This document shows, piece by piece, positions 1 through 13,395 of a stretch of DNA of 64,000 nt. Source of the DNA: Vicugna vicugna (taxonomy: Eukaryota); assembly GCA_013265495.1 (NCBI GenBank), contig MU058584.1, forward strand, positions 2,451,599-2,515,598, read 5' to 3'. Positions within the stretch are counted from its first letter, which is position 1; each line of letters starts with the position of its first letter. The translations under genes were made by a program, and so were the position numbers. The notes beneath the pieces are model-generated. The model was given only the letters and a program-made list of their open reading frames with translations. It was not told the origin of the DNA and searched no databases.

Positions 1-450
1 TGAAAGTGTGGGATTGTCTAGAAAGAGAATGACGAGAAGAGAGCCTGGGACCGAGCCCTGTGGAATCCTAAATTTTCTGAATGAAGGAGGAAGTCATAAA
101 AGGAGACTGAGAAAGAGCAGCCAGTAAAGTAGGAGACAACCCAAGAGAGAAAGATGTCATGACATTCACCAGACTAACATGCTTCAAGAAGGAGGGTGTT
201 GTTGAATGGCTCAAATGTTCCTGAGCATTTAAGGTGAGAACAAAGGACATTCCACTAGACTTAGTAACTGGGGTCATCACCAGCAATCTTGACAAGAACA
301 GTTTAGGCAGAGAATGTGGGCAAAACACATGTTATAATGGTTTGGAGAATGGAGAGCTGAGGAAGAAGACACAGCACATTTATTCAACTCTTCTAAGAGG
401 GATGGCTCTGAAGAGAAGAAAAATAAAACCATAAAGAGGACTGTGGGGAT
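1..450 (-). mobile_element. LINE-2 fragment (old, degenerate)
   Basis: Purine-rich antisense L2-type text (…gagcctgggaccgagccctgtggaatcc…ccactagacttagtaactgggg…). Boundaries approximate. Confidence 0.65.
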
Positions 451-699
451 CAAGAGCGGCCTCTGGCTCAGAAATACGAAGCATCTTCCTATCTCATCTT
501 GAAGGAAATCTGTTTAAAATTTCTTTAGAAATGGAAGTGAAATTTATCAATCTAGCCCCTGTGACTTTTAGTCAGAAAACATTCCTCCAAAACTTTGTCC
601 TTGGGTGGTCTCATCAGTTTTTGTTTTTGGTGAGTTCACAGCTCTTTCATGGAACATTGTAATCCGAAGGCATCAGGGCTGTGAGCCAGATGGCGTCTG

Positions 700-1250
700 C
701 AGGCGGTGTCCCTGCAAAAACAGCTCAACCAGTCCTCCTGTCTCAGTCTTGACCCATCAAGCCATTCACCCTACTGCATGGTCTACAAAATACACTCAAG
801 CACCTTGTCAGGACACACAGGGTCTTCCCTGTGGGCCTCCTATCCCTCCGGACTCAGTTTACACAATGCTCCCCACCTTACACTTCTCACCCTTCACTGC
901 TGCTAATTCCTCAGACACACACCAGGCTGTTCTATGTTCTGACGTCACCACATCTTATGTTCACTTACTTCTCTTTATCTGCCTAACTCTTACCTATCTT
1001 TCGAGACACCTCACAGGCATCTTTTTTCTCCAAAATCTATTTTCTCCTGTAGTCTTTCAAACAACTCCAGATTTACGTCTATCACCACACATCACATTAT
1101 ACTGATTCTTTTTAAAGACAGGGAGGGGTCTGTTTTCTTCATTAGACTATAAGTCTCCCAAGAGTGAAAACTAGGTCTCATTTTTCTCTGTACCCCAGCC
1201 TTCAGCTCAGTGGTACCGAGCGCAGAGTAGGAGGTTAGTAAGTTAAGTGC
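700..1250 (+). mobile_element. LINE-2 3' end
   Basis: Ends in an L2-like 3' terminus (attagactataagtctcc…ctgtaccccagcc…agtaggaggttagtaag). Confidence 0.6.
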
Positions 1251-1714
1251 ATGGAAAGCTGAGAGACCAGGACAAAGGTTTCAGTGGGAAGTAAAAGTTG
1301 ACAGAAGCAACCCAGGACCAACGTCTTGAATAGGATTAGAATCTTGGCCTCCTCCTACTCCTTGGAGCAATGGCTCAAAGGAACAGCTTACGTAATACAA
1401 ACTCAGTCTGTATCAGCAAGTTGGAACCAGTTAATGAAGAACTTCAAAAAGCCAGGCAAAATAATTGCAATTGGAAAACAATTTGACTGTACAAGTTTGA
1501 AGTAGGAAACACAGAAAAGAAATGATTGTTCAACAACAAAACAAATGAGAGCTGGGAAAAGTCAAATGGCATTAACCACTTCTAACAAAATAGGATGAAT
1601 GTTCTCTTCTGACAAGCAGGACTTCAGAGAGCCAGCCTTAGTTTCAAAACCTAGTGCTTTGTCTTGTTCAGTTTTTCCTCTGAACTTATGACCATGTCAA
1701 GCCACAAAAGCATC

Positions 1715-1945
1715 ACAGGGATGTGGCTTAAGAGTCTGGATTCAGGAGTCAAACTTCTTGGGTTTGTATACTGGCTCTGCTGTTTACTGACTGTGACTTT
1801 AGGTCAATTACTTTGTGCCTCAGTTTCCTCATCTATAAATACTAATCACATATACCTCATAGGATTGCTATGAGAATTAAATGAGGTTTCCTGAGTATGA
1901 ATCACTTAGAACCGTGTCTGCCATGCTCAATACCATAAATGTTTT
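1715..1945 (+). mobile_element. MIR SINE
   Basis: MIR core: ctgtgactttaggtcaattac…tgtgcctcagtttcctcatctataaat…cctcataggattgctatgagaattaaatgag. Confidence 0.85.
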
Positions 1946-3009
1946 TTAATTAAAAATTAATATCTAAAATACTAGGTCTCCTAGTCTCAAATAGGCAATG
2001 AATGTGAAAAATATCAGCAGGTGTGTCTCTCTAAGTCGAGGAACAAATAAAGACTGGGCTGAAAAAACACTGGGTCAGCAGTAGACATAGAAGTTCCCTC
2101 GGGTCTCCAGGTTGATAAGTCTTTGACCTGGCAAGAGATGGTTTGTATTCTGCCTGCCCACTAACAATGATGGAAGAGACTGATTCCCTGCACAGAATAA
2201 CCATAAAACGCCTATGGCCTGGATTAAGCCCTTAGGTTCAGAGGCCATAATCAAAGCAGTTTCTGAGAGCTCCATTAATAAGCGTTTCCAGAAGCTGCCA
2301 AAGTCCAGCTACAGTAATTATCCAGTTAGTTTGCTGAATCAGCTCGTAGAAGCTTCCCCGGTTCTGTTGCTAATTAGGCTCCAGCCTCTCATCTCATTAA
2401 TAAACTTCCAGTTCATTTGCATGTGAGGAAAAATTGTGGGTATGGGGGAGTTTAATAGAAACCCAAATCGCCTTCAACATGTGTCTTTTTTATTAAAATA
2501 TTTAACCTTTTATTATGACTCAGAAACATCTGTTGGTATTACACTCGGTGAGAAGACATGATGAATTCAGCATTTGCAAGCAGTTCCACCTTCCCTCCTC
2601 CTCACACCTGGCCTGCTTCCGATCAAGTAGCAGGAAGAAAAGAGAAATGAATAAGATTAACTCAGAGTTAGAAATTTGCAGTTGGAAGGAACTCTCTGGT
2701 TCAGTTCCATCCTTTAACAAATTAGGAAACTGGGGCCCCCAACGGTGGACTGACTTGCTCAAAGACGCAGAGCTGAGACCAGGGCTCAGGCCACCTTGCC
2801 TCTGACCTAGTTCTTCCTGCCCGTGATGTGTACCAGACCTTCAAGACATCTGATCATATAAGCTGACAAAGAGCAGTAGCCTGTTACCTGATACTGGGCT
2901 AACTTCTCTCCACTTGCATCGGTTTTCAAGGAAGAAGGATATAGTGATTGTCCCTTCAATCCACGTCTGTTTTTAGAACTGTTGATTTTATCTTCTTACT
3001 TAAGTTTGT

Positions 3010-3566
3010 GTGCTAGGCAGAAGTTTGGTCCTCATGGCCTTTGCCCTCTGTCACGCCCATGGTTATATGGTGTGGCAAGAAGGGCATTTCAGATATTAAT
3101 CAACTGGCCTCAAGATAGAAAGATTATCTTGTGCTTTCTAAGTGGGCCCAGTGTAATCACATGAGCCCTGAAAAGCAGAAAAGGAAGTAGAAGAAGGAAT
3201 CAGATAGACACAGCAGGAGGTGAAGTTAGAGATTGCAAGTGTGAGGAGTATCTGATGTACCGTCAGTGGCTTGAAGATGAGAGAGGTCCTGTGTCAAGGA
3301 AATGGGGACCACAGTCCTACAACCTCATGGAACTAGACTCTGCCAACAACCTGAGATGAGTTTGGAGGCAGAATCTTCCTCAGAGCCTCCAGATAAAACC
3401 CAGGCTGGCTGAATCATGCCTGCAGCCTTGAGAGGCCCTGAGCAGAGAACCCAGTTGAGCTCCTCTGTGCCAGGACTTCTGACCCACTGTGAGATACTAA
3501 GTGGGTGTTGTTTTAAGCCTCAAGGTTTGTGTTAACTTGTTACAGCAGCGATAGAAAATGAATACA
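3010..3566 (+). mobile_element. MaLR solo LTR (MLT1D/MLT1E-like)
   Basis: TG start, MLT1 motifs (gtgggcccagtgtaatcacatgagccct; tctgccaacaacctga; cagagcctccag) and the typical end ttgttacagcagcgatagaaaatgaataca. Confidence 0.85.
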
Positions 3567-4170
3567 GTTCGAATCCATCTATTTTGCTCTGTCTCCATGG
3601 CCACGCCCCTAGACTAAACCACCACCATCTCTCTTGGACCCCTGAAGCAGCCTCTCAACTCTTCTCTCCACATCCCTTCTGACTCATCTTCTATAAGATA
3701 CACTGCAGCTCAAATCGTTATTTTCTTTCAGACAGAAACCTAGGCAGGCAAAGAGAAGTAAGTGAGCATAGGAGGCGGTGCCTTCAGGGAGTGGAACAGC
3801 CTGGTAGTTATAAAGAATTACAAACCCCCCACACATAGACTCTCTGTAAGACATCTTAAAACTGTTCAGCATCTCCTCAGTGGCTTTTAGACAAACCTGG
3901 TTAGTGCCTACTCAGTCTGTCACTCTCAGTTTAAATGTTGCTTGTGATACACTAAGTCCACTTGCCTTCTTAGACACTTTTATGGCCCTGTATGCTTTCC
4001 TTGATAGCATTTTTCAGTTTATAACTTTGCCTTTAATTCTATCATTATCTGATTGTCCTTCAGATTAGAAACTCAGCCCTATCATGTATCAGAGGGTTTT
4101 TCTGATTGAAATAATATATCTAAAACATTTATCTCCAGCCTAGAAGGTAATAGCACTCAATAAATACCAA
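3567..4170 (+). mobile_element. LINE-2 3' region
   Basis: L2-like text resumes after the MLT (ccaccaccatctctcttggac…) and ends gcactcaataaata. Confidence 0.55.
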
Positions 4171-4869
4171 ATCCTACCCTGCATGTATAACATATAATAC
4201 TATTGTGTGCAATTGTGAGGATACCCACCCAGGATCACAGAAAAGGAACCCCCAAATCTTGTCTCCCTGGAAGGGTTTTGAATGGTGAGCAGGATCCAGC
4301 CAGGTGAAAGAGTGGTGGGAAAGGAGAAGGCATCCCAGGAAAAGGGGTCAGCATGAGCAAAGATACAGAAGTGAGAATCACAAGATGGATGTGGGGAACT
4401 CTGCTGCTGGCGTTGGTAGTTACACGAATCCCATAATGGACGTGCTTTGTCAAAGCAGGTGTCCCGGTGCCTGCCTGGTGTGTAATTTGGCTTGTGTGCG
4501 TGCCCTGTCAACGAACCGATGATCGCCACACAGAATTCCTGGTGCCTTCTTCCAACTTGGCATCTTGTGCAACTGCACCACGAGGACCCATCTGAGGCTG
4601 GCATGGAAGTATGGAGGAATTGTGAATGACAGGGTCTTCAACTCTTTGACATTAGATTGTAGCAGTTGTTTTTTTTTTTCCTTCAACCAATCAACAAATA
4701 TTTATTGAGCTCATGTCTGGACCAGGCTCTCTGGAGAATGCAAGAGAAATCTGAGACTTGATTCCTGCTCTCAGGATCATAACATAATGAAAGGGGTGGT
4801 GTAAATGCATATAAAAAATAAAGAATGACTCAAGTTAGCATACGACAAATGCTAGCACGTAGGCAACAG

Positions 4870-5418
4870 TCATTCTCTTCTTCCTTTCTCTCCTTCCTTC
4901 TTGCTGACAGAACCCCAAGTTTGCTCCAGTGTGACACAGATGACAACATGCTCTGGGAATGTCGTTCCCAACTCCAGCTTCTGGGAAGTAACTGTGATTT
5001 GTCTCCGTTAATCGTAGACATTCCATTTCTTCTTGCCAGTGATTGGTCTAGGGTTAAGTGTGTGAGATTCTTCTGGACCGTGAGACATCAAGGAAAGTCT
5101 TTGGGATGCAGGGATATTCTTTTCTGTTCCTTTTCTTCTTTTCTGCGTGAGATGATGTTATGTGTGAGCATAGTACATGCAGTCATTGTGCCACACCATC
5201 AGACAGTAAGCCTACGGCCAGAGAGCCAACACACCGAGGATGGCAGAGGAGAGAGAGAGGGAGCCTGAGTTTTTGATGGTCTGTTGAACCTCTGCAGTAA
5301 ACCTGGTATTAGCCATTTCCAGAATTCTGTTATGGGAGATAATTATACTTCTACATTGTCAAAGCCGTTGTTGACCAGTATTCTGTTTCTCAGAGTCAAA
5401 CACATCCTAATGGGCACA
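4870..5418 (+). mobile_element. MaLR solo LTR (old MLT1J/K-like)
   Basis: gccaacacaccgaggatggcagag…agcctgag motif and MLT-type end (…aaacacatcctaatgggcaca). Confidence 0.7.
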
Positions 5419-6239
5419 ACATATTATTAGAAGAACATTGCAAAGAATATGGAATTTGCAGTCATAGAAGTTATCAACAAGGGTTCACATTTCAGCTCCA
5501 TCACTAAGCCTCTGTGGACCCTTAGCAGGAATGTTGGGTAAAGGGCACTGTGCTAAAGCATTGGGGGTGCACAAAGATGAGGAAGCCACTCCTAAAGATT
5601 TTACAACCTGGCAGGCAAAGATAGCCATAATTTTAAAAACACTATCTGAATAGCAAAGTGGAATGGAATGTGCGATTGGAAAAGAAGAGCTGAAAGTCAA
5701 CAGCATGTATAATCTGGCCAAACTGTATGTTTATGGCCAGTTGTCAATCCCGACAGGTAAATGCCTACGATACACCAACTTTGCAATATTTTGAATATTA
5801 CATCACACTCAGGTAGCACACACAAGCCCATTTCAGCTGAGGAAAGAACGAGAAGACAGGTACTGAGGTGTGAAAATGCAGAGTGGGTTCAACTGGGTAA
5901 AGTCTCATTAACCTGCGTGATCCGATATGTGCAAAGTTTGACAGAGCATGCACGTTGGAAGAAACTCAAGTTTGCAAAAGATGTCACTCATTTCAAGAAT
6001 GTCAATGCAGGATTTTTTGGAAACATGTAGTACTAGTAAAATTATGTGTTTGTTTACAGATAATGACATAATTGTCAGCATGTTAGCAGAGTAGAGATAC
6101 AGAAAACTAACAGGTTACAGTCAGCACCCTAAAGTCAGAATCAAATAACAGGTTTCTGAAATTCTACTGACAATCATTGGTAACATAAAATTCAACTCGC
6201 ATTTACTTTTGGGATAGTCATGTTTTAAATTTTAAATAG

Positions 6240-6830
6240 TATTAAATAATATGTTAGATTTACAGCAGAATTGAATATATATATGTATATAAAAACATAG
6301 TACACAGAGTTCTTATATACCCTCCACCCAACTTCTCTGAATATTAACATCTTAAACAATTATGAAATCTACAAAATAATCTTAATGTAATACTGTTAAC
6401 TAAAATATAGAATTAATTCAGAATTCAACAGTTTTTCAACTAATGTCCTTTTTTTTTTTCTTCCATTCTAGGATCTTATCCAGGCCCCCACACTGCATTT
6501 AATTGTCGTGTCTCATGGTCGCCTCCAATCTGTGACAGTTACTCAGTCTCTCCTTTCCTTTCATGACTTTGACACTCCTGAAGGTTACTGGTTAGTTAAT
6601 TTACAGAACACCCCTCGGCTGCATTTGTCTGATGTTTTCTCATGATTACACAGAGGTGGCGCATTAGCAGAAGGGCGCCGTGAAGGTGCTGTGCCCTTTT
6701 TAGTGCATCAGATCGGGGGTGCTTGATGGCGGCATGTCTGACTAGTGATGCGCACCTCCACCGTTTTACTAAGGTGGTATCTGTCAGGATTCTCCCCAGG
6801 AGTGAAATGTTCCTCTCTGTTCCCTTTCTC
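6240..6830 (-). mobile_element. Old L1 (L1MC/L1MD-type) 3'UTR fragment
   Basis: Antisense L1M 3'UTR motifs: cactgcatttaattgtcgtgtctc…ctttcatgactttgacac…atttgtctgatgttttctcatgatta. Confidence 0.75.
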
Positions 6831-7569
6831 CAGCCGACGTAACTGTTCATTAATATCCTAAGGCCAGAAGTGCTTACTGCCCTTCTCTCCAAAGAGTAAA
6901 GCTTTTGTTCAGTCTGAGAGATAAAGGAGAAAGATCCAGGTGGGTTTCTTGCCCCTCCCGATGGCTGCTGTTTCTCTTCCCTTTGTCTGCACTGCAGTAG
7001 ACACTACTTAGGGGTCTTCTGATCTTTTCTATGAGTGCCTGACAGCTTCCTGGAGATGGAGGCTGGGAGAGAGTGTAGGTTCTTCCAATTTCCATAGCCC
7101 CTGGGGAATATCACACTATCCACCCCACTGGCCCCAGCCCGCACTTGACCTTCATCCATTTGTCAGCGAGGGCAGCAGACTCTCTGTACCCATGCCCAGA
7201 TGTGTTTGCCCTGGGAGAGCTCGTTTCTGCATGTATTGTCCCCCTACAGATGCCCTATCTCTTTAGATTTAGGGCCAGCTGTTTCCTCTGTGATCTTAGC
7301 TCTATAGATCCAAAAAATTACGAAGATAGACAGAAGCCTGGAGTCTTCACGTATGTATCTATTGTGTAAAGTACAGGTAACATGCACAGGTGACATCCAG
7401 TGTCCTTCCTGAGCTTTTGGAAACAGAAAGGGAAAGAAAATCCTCTGTATTTGGATGCATGACCATGTCATCTACCACCTTTCCTCTTCCTCAGGGCTCT
7501 GCATGTAAGTTTCTAGAGAGAAATAGATACTTCCACGCTGTCTACACACATTTGAAGAAGGATGAAATC

Positions 7570-7750
7570 AAAGGAAATGGATTTTGAGTCAAGGGATCCA
7601 GGCTCTAATTCTGACGCACAGAACTCTGTGGCCACAGAACTCTGGATAAATTACTTAACTTCTCTGGGTCTCAGATTTTTCCATCTGTAAAATGGGGGTG
7701 GTAACACATCATACCTTAGCCTGAGAGGATAGAATGAGAAAATAGTAAAG
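7570..7750 (+). mobile_element. MIR SINE
   Basis: ttacttaacttctctgggtctcagatttttccatctgtaaaatgggg core. Confidence 0.75.
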
Positions 7751-7769
7751 CGCAAATATTTCTCTAGAG

Positions 7770-7993
7770 CAGGGGTCAGCAAAATTCTCTCTGTAAAAGG
7801 CTAGATTTTAGATGTTTTAGGCTTCGCAGATCATGCATACAGCCTGTCCCCACTCTTCAACTGCAATGTTGTGTGCAGAAGCTGCTGTGGAAAACACCTA
7901 AATGAATGGGCATGGCTGTGTCCCATTTTCATTGACAAAAGCAGGTGTCAGTCTGGATTTGGCTGCAGGTAGGCAGTAGTTTTATGACCCCTA
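7770..7993. mobile_element. hAT-Charlie MITE, MER58A-like
   Basis: Terminal inverted repeats cagggGTCA…TGACccct and MER58-like internal text (aaatgaatgggcatggctgtgtccc; ggatttggc). Confidence 0.8.
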
Positions 7994-8369
7994 TGCTGGA
8001 CTGAACTTGCCTGGGGGCACATTCAAGGCACCAAAAAATTACCTGGTTGCTCCCTACTTAAGATTCCCTCTCATCTTCAGCCATAGCTGTTTGCGTGAGT
8101 CAGACCAACATTTCAAGTCTGTCCTTCTGTTTGAAGGTGAAGCAAAATCTTATCTCTGAGACCCTACAAATGGTTTTAGTTATCTGTGCTCCGTGTGGTC
8201 GCCCGGTCACAGAGGTTGAGCAAGTGCCACTGCTTCTGCCCACAGAAGTCCCACATCACTGTCCAGTGGGTCCAGCACCCACTGATGCTTCCCCGGACCT
8301 GCTGTTGAGTATTCCCAGCTATTTCTCTGCAGACCCTTGCTTCCATGATGGTTATTAGTGGAGGCTCCT

Positions 8370-8560
8370 GAACTCGAGTCTGGCATTCAGACCCTAGAGC
8401 TGTGTGGCCTTGGGGTCGAAATAGTTTCTCTGTTATTTCAGTTTCCTCATCTATGGGATGGGGTGAATAGATCTCCAGCTGGCAGAGTGTTGTGAGCACT
8501 CAGTGAGCTAACAGAGGCAGAGTATCCAGAACAGCGCCTGGCACAAAGTAACTGCACCAT
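8370..8560 (+). mobile_element. MIR SINE
   Basis: tcagtttcctcatctatggg…ttgtgagcactcagtgag…agaacagcgcctggcacaaagtaa. Confidence 0.8.
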
Positions 8561-9279
8561 AAATCCAATCTTACTGTTCTCTTGGGTGATGTGATTCTGA
8601 AGTCCTTAGGAAATTCATCTTCTATAGAGGGCAATAGCTTTCCATCTCTCACACTTCTTACCTTGAATTAGAAATCTCTCCAGGGGTTTGCATGTCTAGG
8701 GACCCTAGACAGACCACCTCCTGCCATAAAGCTGACCTTCTGATGGGGACCCTGAATCCCTGGAGCCCCGCCTTCCACCTTCTGACCAGGCTTCTGCAGG
8801 GTGCTTCTCTCTCCTCAGACGGCAGTGAGCTGTACTGCTCCCACCATCTACAGCGCACGTGCTGGCCTCTTTGTCCCCTGGGCGGTGGATCTCCCAGCCC
8901 CTCATCCAGCAGACCTGCCCTCTCCCAGTTCCACTTACATATGCAACTCAGATTTTGTGGGAATGCTTTCAAGCTTTTAACTCGATAAAGTGCCTGGGAT
9001 GTGTTTCCTTCTTGGTAAATTTTCATTCCCTTTCCCTAAACCAACAAAACAAAGCAAACATGAATAAGTAAAAAAAAAAATTTTTTTTTCAGAAAGAAAG
9101 AAGTTTTTGACCTCTGAGTTCCCACTCAGAATTGATGGGGTTGCAGGGCAAGAAAGAGCAAGTGGCAGGGGACAAAGGGCACGATGAGGAGTCTAAGTAT
9201 TTCTTAGGCATTTTCTGCTGCCAAAGAGTATGAAGTGATGACGGTAACAGTGACGATGATGAAGGTGTTGATGGTGATG

Positions 9280-9480
9280 GCCAACATTCATGAGCCTCAG
9301 TACGTGTCTGGAACCGGCTCAGGACTCACTCAGTCTTCCCCATCACCCTATGAGATGGGCACTGTTCACCCACATTTTACAGCTGAGGAGACTGAGGGTC
9401 CATTAGATCATGTTCAAGGACACAGAGTTAAAGAGTGGTGATTCAAACCCAGATCAGTTCCTTTCTAAAGTTCTTGCTTT
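9280..9480 (-). mobile_element. MIR SINE
   Basis: Antisense core cattttacagctgaggagactgagg…gattcaaacccag. Confidence 0.7.
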
Positions 9481-11754
9481 TAAGCCCCTCCCTGACCTGC
9501 CGACACCAAGTCGTGGTCCAGCAGGAAGCGTTCAGGCATTGGGCATCCTTACCCAGCCCTTGTGTGGTGGCTCTGCCAGTTGGACCTACAGGTGACTTAA
9601 CAGGAGGGGATGTCAGAGTGGACAGCTGCTCATCAGCCAAGTGACCAGTAGGAATCATAGAGCAGGAGAGTCATGTGGCAGGAAGCAGAGCCGCAAAGCA
9701 AAGGCCCCCAGGGTGGGACCTCTGGGTCTTCCCCGTAGTGGGGAATGGGGTCAACATCATCCTGGATACAGGTCAAGTGGCTGTGAGAAGCCTTCTGTTT
9801 CATGGCTGGGAAGCCGACTTGCTGACTTTCAAAGCAAAATGGCCAGGGTCTGCTGGGGAAAGGAATTCAGCTCGGGTAGCAATCAGTAACCAGAATGTGC
9901 TTTCTACTCAGAGCATTGCAGAGATGTACCCTGTGACTCTGGGAATAGACTGAGAAGACCAAGGCCAGGTGGCTTGACTCAAGAACCTGCCTGACAAAGG
10001 ATTTATCTGGCTTACAGCGTGTGCATGCGTGCGTGTGTGTTCATGTGCATGAATATATATGTATGCACGCGGCTAGCTGTGAAGATGTACTTGTGTGTTA
10101 ATATGCACCAGCCACATGTATTCCGGTGCTCGCCGCCTGCGCACATGCCTGTGTAAGTACCTTGACGCTCAAAAGAGTGAGTTAAATGAACAGACGCTTG
10201 TGAGCCTGCCAGCCTTCCTTTTGTGCTGATGGGTCAGGGCCATTGTTTGGTACTATTAACCTGGGACTCAGGGACTTGCAAATGAACCCAACAGGGTACT
10301 GTGGTTTGGATGCCCTCCAGCATGCGGTGGGTGATGGGGGCTGTGTTTCAAAGCCTTCATCACACTAGACTGCCAACTTTCCTGTACCTTGTGCTTTGGA
10401 GGACGCAGGCAGAGTGGAAGTATCGGACTGGAAAATTGCCCAGTGATCTGTTACAAACATATTGTCAGCTGCTGGAGCCTGTGGTGCCCGTCCCTGCAGT
10501 GATGGGTGAATGCCATTCCCTTTGGCTCTTTGGAAGCCGTATCTACTCGGATTCATACTGGGGTGAAAAAAAAAACATCGTGCCTCGAGATGGAGGCATT
10601 CAAAGTCATGAGGGCATTGTCTGAGCATGAAGGACAGTGTGGGAGGGTGAGAAGGGGACATGCATGCATACTAAGGTACGGGGAGCACCCACCTTTCTAC
10701 CTCTACCACTGCCTCCATACTGAATTTGTCCCAAGGCCCTGCATCTCTGAGTACCATCTCTCACCTGCCTTTTTTAGTATCTAGTCTGCACAGTGGGTGG
10801 TCCTAGAGGATGCAGTGACAATATTTGTCACCTCAGGCCCACAAAACAAAATTACCACAAACCTAACATTCAGAGGCCTGCAGGCAATAGGCAACTGACT
10901 TCCTGTTATGATTGGATGGTCCAGAAAGCTCTCACTGTCTCAGATTAACTACTCTCCTCCATGAACTCAACATTCATCTTAAGAAGATACATGGATTTTT
11001 ATTTAATTTAGAGCATGTTGTTATTCGGCAAGAGCCACTTACGAGAACTAATGCATTCGAAGTGCCTCAGTTCTAAATTAATGAAACCATTACCACTCTT
11101 GACCCCTTGTAGGGACTTTGGAGAAATGGACAGGTGTGAGGTAACTTTTGATGAGAAGACACAGAACTCAGAGCATTGCTGTAGGGTGTGTGTGTGTGCG
11201 AGCGCGCGTGTGCGTGTGACACATTATGGAAAACAACTGAAATGGAAGACAGTCCGAACACCTTCGCACTAAAGAATTTGTAGATATCTAACAAGAGAAA
11301 ACACAGGGACGCAAGTTAGGTGACACACCCTGGAAAGCAAAATGATACAGGTTCCCAGGGAGTCTATGGGTGGTGGGTGGCGTTCCTCTGAGACGCCTCC
11401 CCAGGGTGCCTTTAAACTGGGTCTTGAAAGCCTGAGGGGTTGATTAAGCGAGAGTCAACAATCAGGAGGCAGGCAGGAAGTGAACGACTTTAAAAAGGTC
11501 CGGTGTCAGACGCCTGGGAGCGCAGGTGTTGATGGGAGTGAACGTAAATGGAGAGAAGAAATAAAGATTGCTGGCCACCCACTCCCACCAGCCTAGGAAA
11601 GTGATGAGCATTAAGTAAACAGATAATTGAAATGTCCATGAATCAATTAGATGATGACAAATAAAAATTGTAATAGCCTAGGATGAGGTGTTATTAAGAA
11701 TGACTTGTCTGAGCCCGGTGCCTTTAGACTTACATTTCAACGTGATTAACACTG

Positions 11755-12070
11755 AATGGCGCTCACTGCTGCTCCCGGTCTGCCAGGGGATGGTGTTCCG
11801 CTTAGAGCGCCGCCGCCGTGGAGATGCCGGCAAGCGTTATCTTTAGAAAGTACTCCCTCCCTGTTTTCATTCATTCGTAGTTTAACTTCCTTCATTACGT
11901 TGCATTAGGAGAAAGAGCATGGTTGCTTCCTGGTGCATCCACTCCCGCGGCTCATTTCCCAGGCTGAAATCACCATCAGCGCGAGCCAGCGCAGCCATCT
12001 CCACAGCAACCAGTTCCACCAGGAGAGCGCGCGCTTCGGCTCGTGCAGTCCTCCGTTTCCCTCGTGATTT
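11755..12070. promoter_or_regulatory. CpG-enriched non-repeat island (candidate enhancer or promoter)
   Basis: About 23 CpG (counted by eye) in ~310 bp of an otherwise CpG-depleted window, with no recognisable repeat. Confidence 0.5.
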
Positions 12071-12387
12071 ATTACTAAAGGGATTTGATAAGGGAAAACA
12101 GACTTAAGCTTTGGGGCAAGTTGATCTTTCTCTTTCCCTAGAGAGATGGCTATGAAGAGAGGAAAAGATGTTTTTGGAGTGAAGTAGACCTGGCTCCTGG
12201 AATCCCCTCTCTACTCCCTTCTGTTTCCTGCCGCAGGTTTCCCATCCAAAATGGGGCTATCAGTAGTACCTCCTTTACAGAATTGTTTGCACAGATAATT
12301 AATGGGCACTTACTGAGCAATTATTATGCTCCAAATGCTTTAGGTGCATGATTGCGTTTTATCTAAAAGGTAGAAACTACTGCTCCA

Positions 12388-13395
12388 GGTTTTGGTCACC
12401 TATTGTGTAATAACGCACTCTGAAATTTGGTGGATTAAAACAACCACTATGTTATCTCACAGTTCTGTGAGTTGATGGGGCTCAGCTGACGGGACTGGGG
12501 TTCTTCTGCTGGTTTCACAGTCAGATGCAGTTGGGGATGGAGACACCTGGGCTCAACTGGGATGCTGAGATGGCCAGGTTGCTCTGCCCATGTGGTCTCA
12601 GGGCCTCTCCAGAAGGATAGACTTCTTTTTTTTTTTAAACATTTTTTATTGATTTATAATCATTTTACAATGTTGTGTCAAATTCCAGTGTTCAGCACAA
12701 TTTTTCAGTCATTCATGGACATATGCACACTCATTGTCACATTTTTTTCTCTGTGATTTATCATAACATTTTGTGTATATTTCCCTGTGCTATACAGTGT
12801 AATCTTGTTTCTCTATTCTACAATTTTGAAATCCCAGTCTATCCCTTCCCACCCTCTACCACTCTGGTAACCACAAGTCTATATTCTCTGTCCATGAGTC
12901 TTTAGATTCCACATATGAGTGATCTCATATGGTATTTTTCTTTCTCTTTCTGGCTTACTTCACTTCGAATGACATTCTCCAGGAGCATCCATGTTGCTGC
13001 AAATGGCATTATGTTGTCGGTTTTTACGGCTGAGTAGTATTCCATTGTATAAATATACCACATCTTCTTTATCCAGTCACCTGTTGATGGACATTTAGGC
13101 TGTTTCCATGTTTTGGCTATTGTAAATAGTGCTGCTATGAACATTGGAGTGCAGGTGTCACAGAAAGATAGACTTCTTACATGACTTCTCAGGGCTCCCA
13201 GAAGACAAAAGCACAATCTACCAGGTCCTTTAATGCCTAGGCACTGAATCCCCAGAACATCACTGTTAGGGTTCCTTCTATTCTTTCAATCAGATCACAG
13301 GTAGGCAGAGGTTGAATGCGGGAGGGGATTACCCAAGGGCACGCATACCAGGCGCCGTGGTTTATTGGGAGCCAGCTTCAGAGACTGGCCGCCAT
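12388..13395 (-). mobile_element. MaLR LTR (MLT1H/I-like), split by a young L1
   Basis: Antisense MLT end (ggattaaaacaacc…tctcacagttctgtg). The MLT text continues across the L1 TSD. Confidence 0.7.
12628..13160 (-). mobile_element. Young 5'-truncated L1 (ORF2 C-terminus + 3'UTR + polyA)
   Basis: ORF 12902-13216 contains [23 protein letters not shown]…[16 protein letters not shown]. 18-bp TSD cagaa(g/a)gatagacttctt at 12610-12627 and 13161-13178. Part of the 3'UTR seen in the 44967 copy is missing near 12900. Confidence 0.95.

Noticed and set aside
605..1105. 166-aa ORF
   Set aside because: Mostly within an L2 remnant, non-ATG start and no recognisable domain.
5890..6100. Possible Tigger-like DNA transposon remnant
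   Set aside because: Only a vague TIR resemblance. No matching second end or TA duplication could be defined.
11800..12035. Possible CTCF sites (reverse of gagcgccgccgccgtgga; ccaccaggagagcgc)
   Set aside because: Spacing or core positions deviate from the CTCF consensus. Not supportable without a PWM scan.
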